Assembly (NCBI GenBank): GCA_902469665.1
Contig: CABRDE010000060.1
Span: 22,171 to 86,170 of the forward strand
Length of the DNA: 64,000 nucleotides
Direction: 5' to 3'
Source: an uncultured Collinsella sp.
Lineage (GTDB): Bacteria; Actinomycetota; Coriobacteriia; Coriobacteriales; Coriobacteriaceae
The position numbers were made by a program, and so were the translations under genes. Numbering within the stretch: position 1 is the first letter of the stretch; the number at the start of each line of letters is the position of its first letter. The notes below the pieces were generated by a model, which saw only the letters and a program-made list of their open reading frames with translations, was not told the DNA's origin and ran no database searches. Positions 62,994-64,000 of this stretch are shown here, one piece after another.

Positions 62994-63905
62994 CTAGATA
63001 CAGAACCCGGGAATCACACAGGTTAGCTTGTTTGGCTTTTCCGCAGGCGTTGCGTACGTAAAGACGTCGCCGTCGTGGCCCACACGGTTTATGTAGAGCG
63101 TGCCTTCGGTCTCCGATGAGTCGGGGCTCACCGTGCGCTCCCACCAGCAGGTGTCCTTGCCCTTCCACTGACGGACCATCGTCTCGTTCGTGGAATACGG
63201 GCTCACCTTGAGCTCGCGGAAGAGTTGGTACTCCTTGCCCTCGCTGTTGTAGATGTCTGCCAGGTAGTGATAGTCCTTGGCAAACGAATCGGGCGGTTGC
63301 GTACCGCACAGCTCGACCATGGCGGGCAGCCAAAGGGTTGCGGGCAACTCGCTCAGACACGATGCACTGTTGGCGGCGCCCACATTGTTCGAGACCTTCT
63401 TGACCCCTTTAATGAGCGCGCGCAACTCGTTGGGTAGCAGCTTAAGGCCGTCGCCGTTGAGCCATTCCCGCAGCTCGCAATCTGCCCAGCCGGCGCTCGG
63501 CGGTTCAGCTGCAGCGTTGCGCTCGGCAATACCCGCGTCGAACATAAACGTCAGCCCGGCCTTGCCCGTACCGTCTAGAAGCTCGTCGTGGCGGATACCC
63601 ACAAGCTGCGCGCCAACCTGCAGCCCGTTGGTGAGCGTGACGCGCTTGGTGCATGGATAGGGGATATGCCCGTTGTCATCGAGCAGGTGATAGCGCTTGG
63701 CAATCTCGCGTGTCTCGCTACGGGTCTCGGCGGCCTTAATCTTGAGCGAAATCTCCTGCAGCTGATCCCAGGTGTAGTCGTCAAGTGAACCGCGGATGCC
63801 GTCAAGGTAGTCGGGGATGCCAAAGCCATGGGTTGCCGCCCCGATAACGCTGAGCCCCGCAACGGCTGCGATAGCGCCGCCGATAATAAAGCGGCGGCGG
63901 GTCAT
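62994..63905 (-). CDS. Tat-signal secreted hypothetical protein
   Basis: MTRRRFIIGGAIAAVAGLSVIGAA is a twin-arginine signal peptide. No recognisable family. Confidence 0.5.
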   Translation of the reverse strand: MTRRRFIIGGAIAAVAGLSVIGAATHGFGIPDYLDGIRGSLDDYTWDQLQEISLKIKAAETRSETREIAKRYHLLDDNGHIPYPCTKRVTLTNGLQVGAQLVGIRHDELLDGTGKAGLTFMFDAGIAERNAAAEPPSAGWADCELREWLNGDGLKLLPNELRALIKGVKKVSNNVGAANSASCLSELPATLWLPAMVELCGTQPPDSFAKDYHYLADIYNSEGKEYQLFRELKVSPYSTNETMVRQWKGKDTCWWERTVSPDSSETEGTLYINRVGHDGDVFTYATPAEKPNKLTCVIPGFCI

Positions 63906-64000
63906 GGCATCGTGGCGGGCCTGATTCAGGATCTCTCGTGCGCGCTCGCCGGCGACGTCGACCTTAAGGTGCGTGCCAGAATCGATATCAATTGCGGCCT

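Noticed and set aside
63906-64000. Possible additional gene running off the 3' end of the window on the minus strand.
   Set aside because: The in-frame region upstream of MTRRR contains no start codon within the window. A 95 nt fragment cannot be annotated.

Overview
This is a high-GC chromosomal window from an Actinobacteria-like genome; the GC content, codon usage and gene content suggest Coriobacteriia, but that is a guess. The six-frame track is dominated by long antisense and alternative-frame ORFs, which are GC artefacts. The supported genes are mostly housekeeping: rpsD (3' end), rpoA, rplQ, truA, argR, a class A penicillin-binding protein, a U32 peptidase, tyrS, adenine deaminase, two Cof-type HAD hydrolases, citrate synthase, rpmE, secA, prfB, a split transketolase, ftsE and ftsX, RNase R, a murR-murQ-murP-mupG N-acetylmuramic acid locus, tRNA-Gln and tRNA-Glu, smpB, a rubredoxin, mntH, gltB and gltD, and a copA-copZ-csoR copper operon. 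The clearest accessory region is a roughly 7.3 kb block at 16.5-23.8 kb. It is flanked by imperfect 70 bp direct repeats, carries a 5'-truncated tyrosine integrase, and shows lower GC with rare codons. Its cargo is a YozG-like regulator with a DUF2975 membrane protein, two paralogous ABC modules with unusual ATPase motifs, and a small Sec-secreted protein that is Tyr, Gly and Asn rich. That layout resembles lactococcin-972-type bacteriocin and immunity loci. The intergenic DNA is also full of several distinct palindromic repeat families. Family A is a roughly 57 bp unit with terminal inverted arms GTCTCGATCTGTAACA and TGTTACAGATCGAGAC, present in 8 full and 1 partial copies and bracketing mntH and a DUF559-like gene. 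Family B is a roughly 67 bp palindrome in 3 copies. There are GGGGAC-word nested palindromes, and a 40 bp palindrome present both upstream of an orphan serine recombinase and upstream of secA. Smaller oddities are a 175 aa N-terminal extension on FtsE, Ala/Lys-rich tails on L31 and L17, and RF2 carrying SPT where SPF is expected. Coordinates of fine-scale elements may be off by 1-2 nt.
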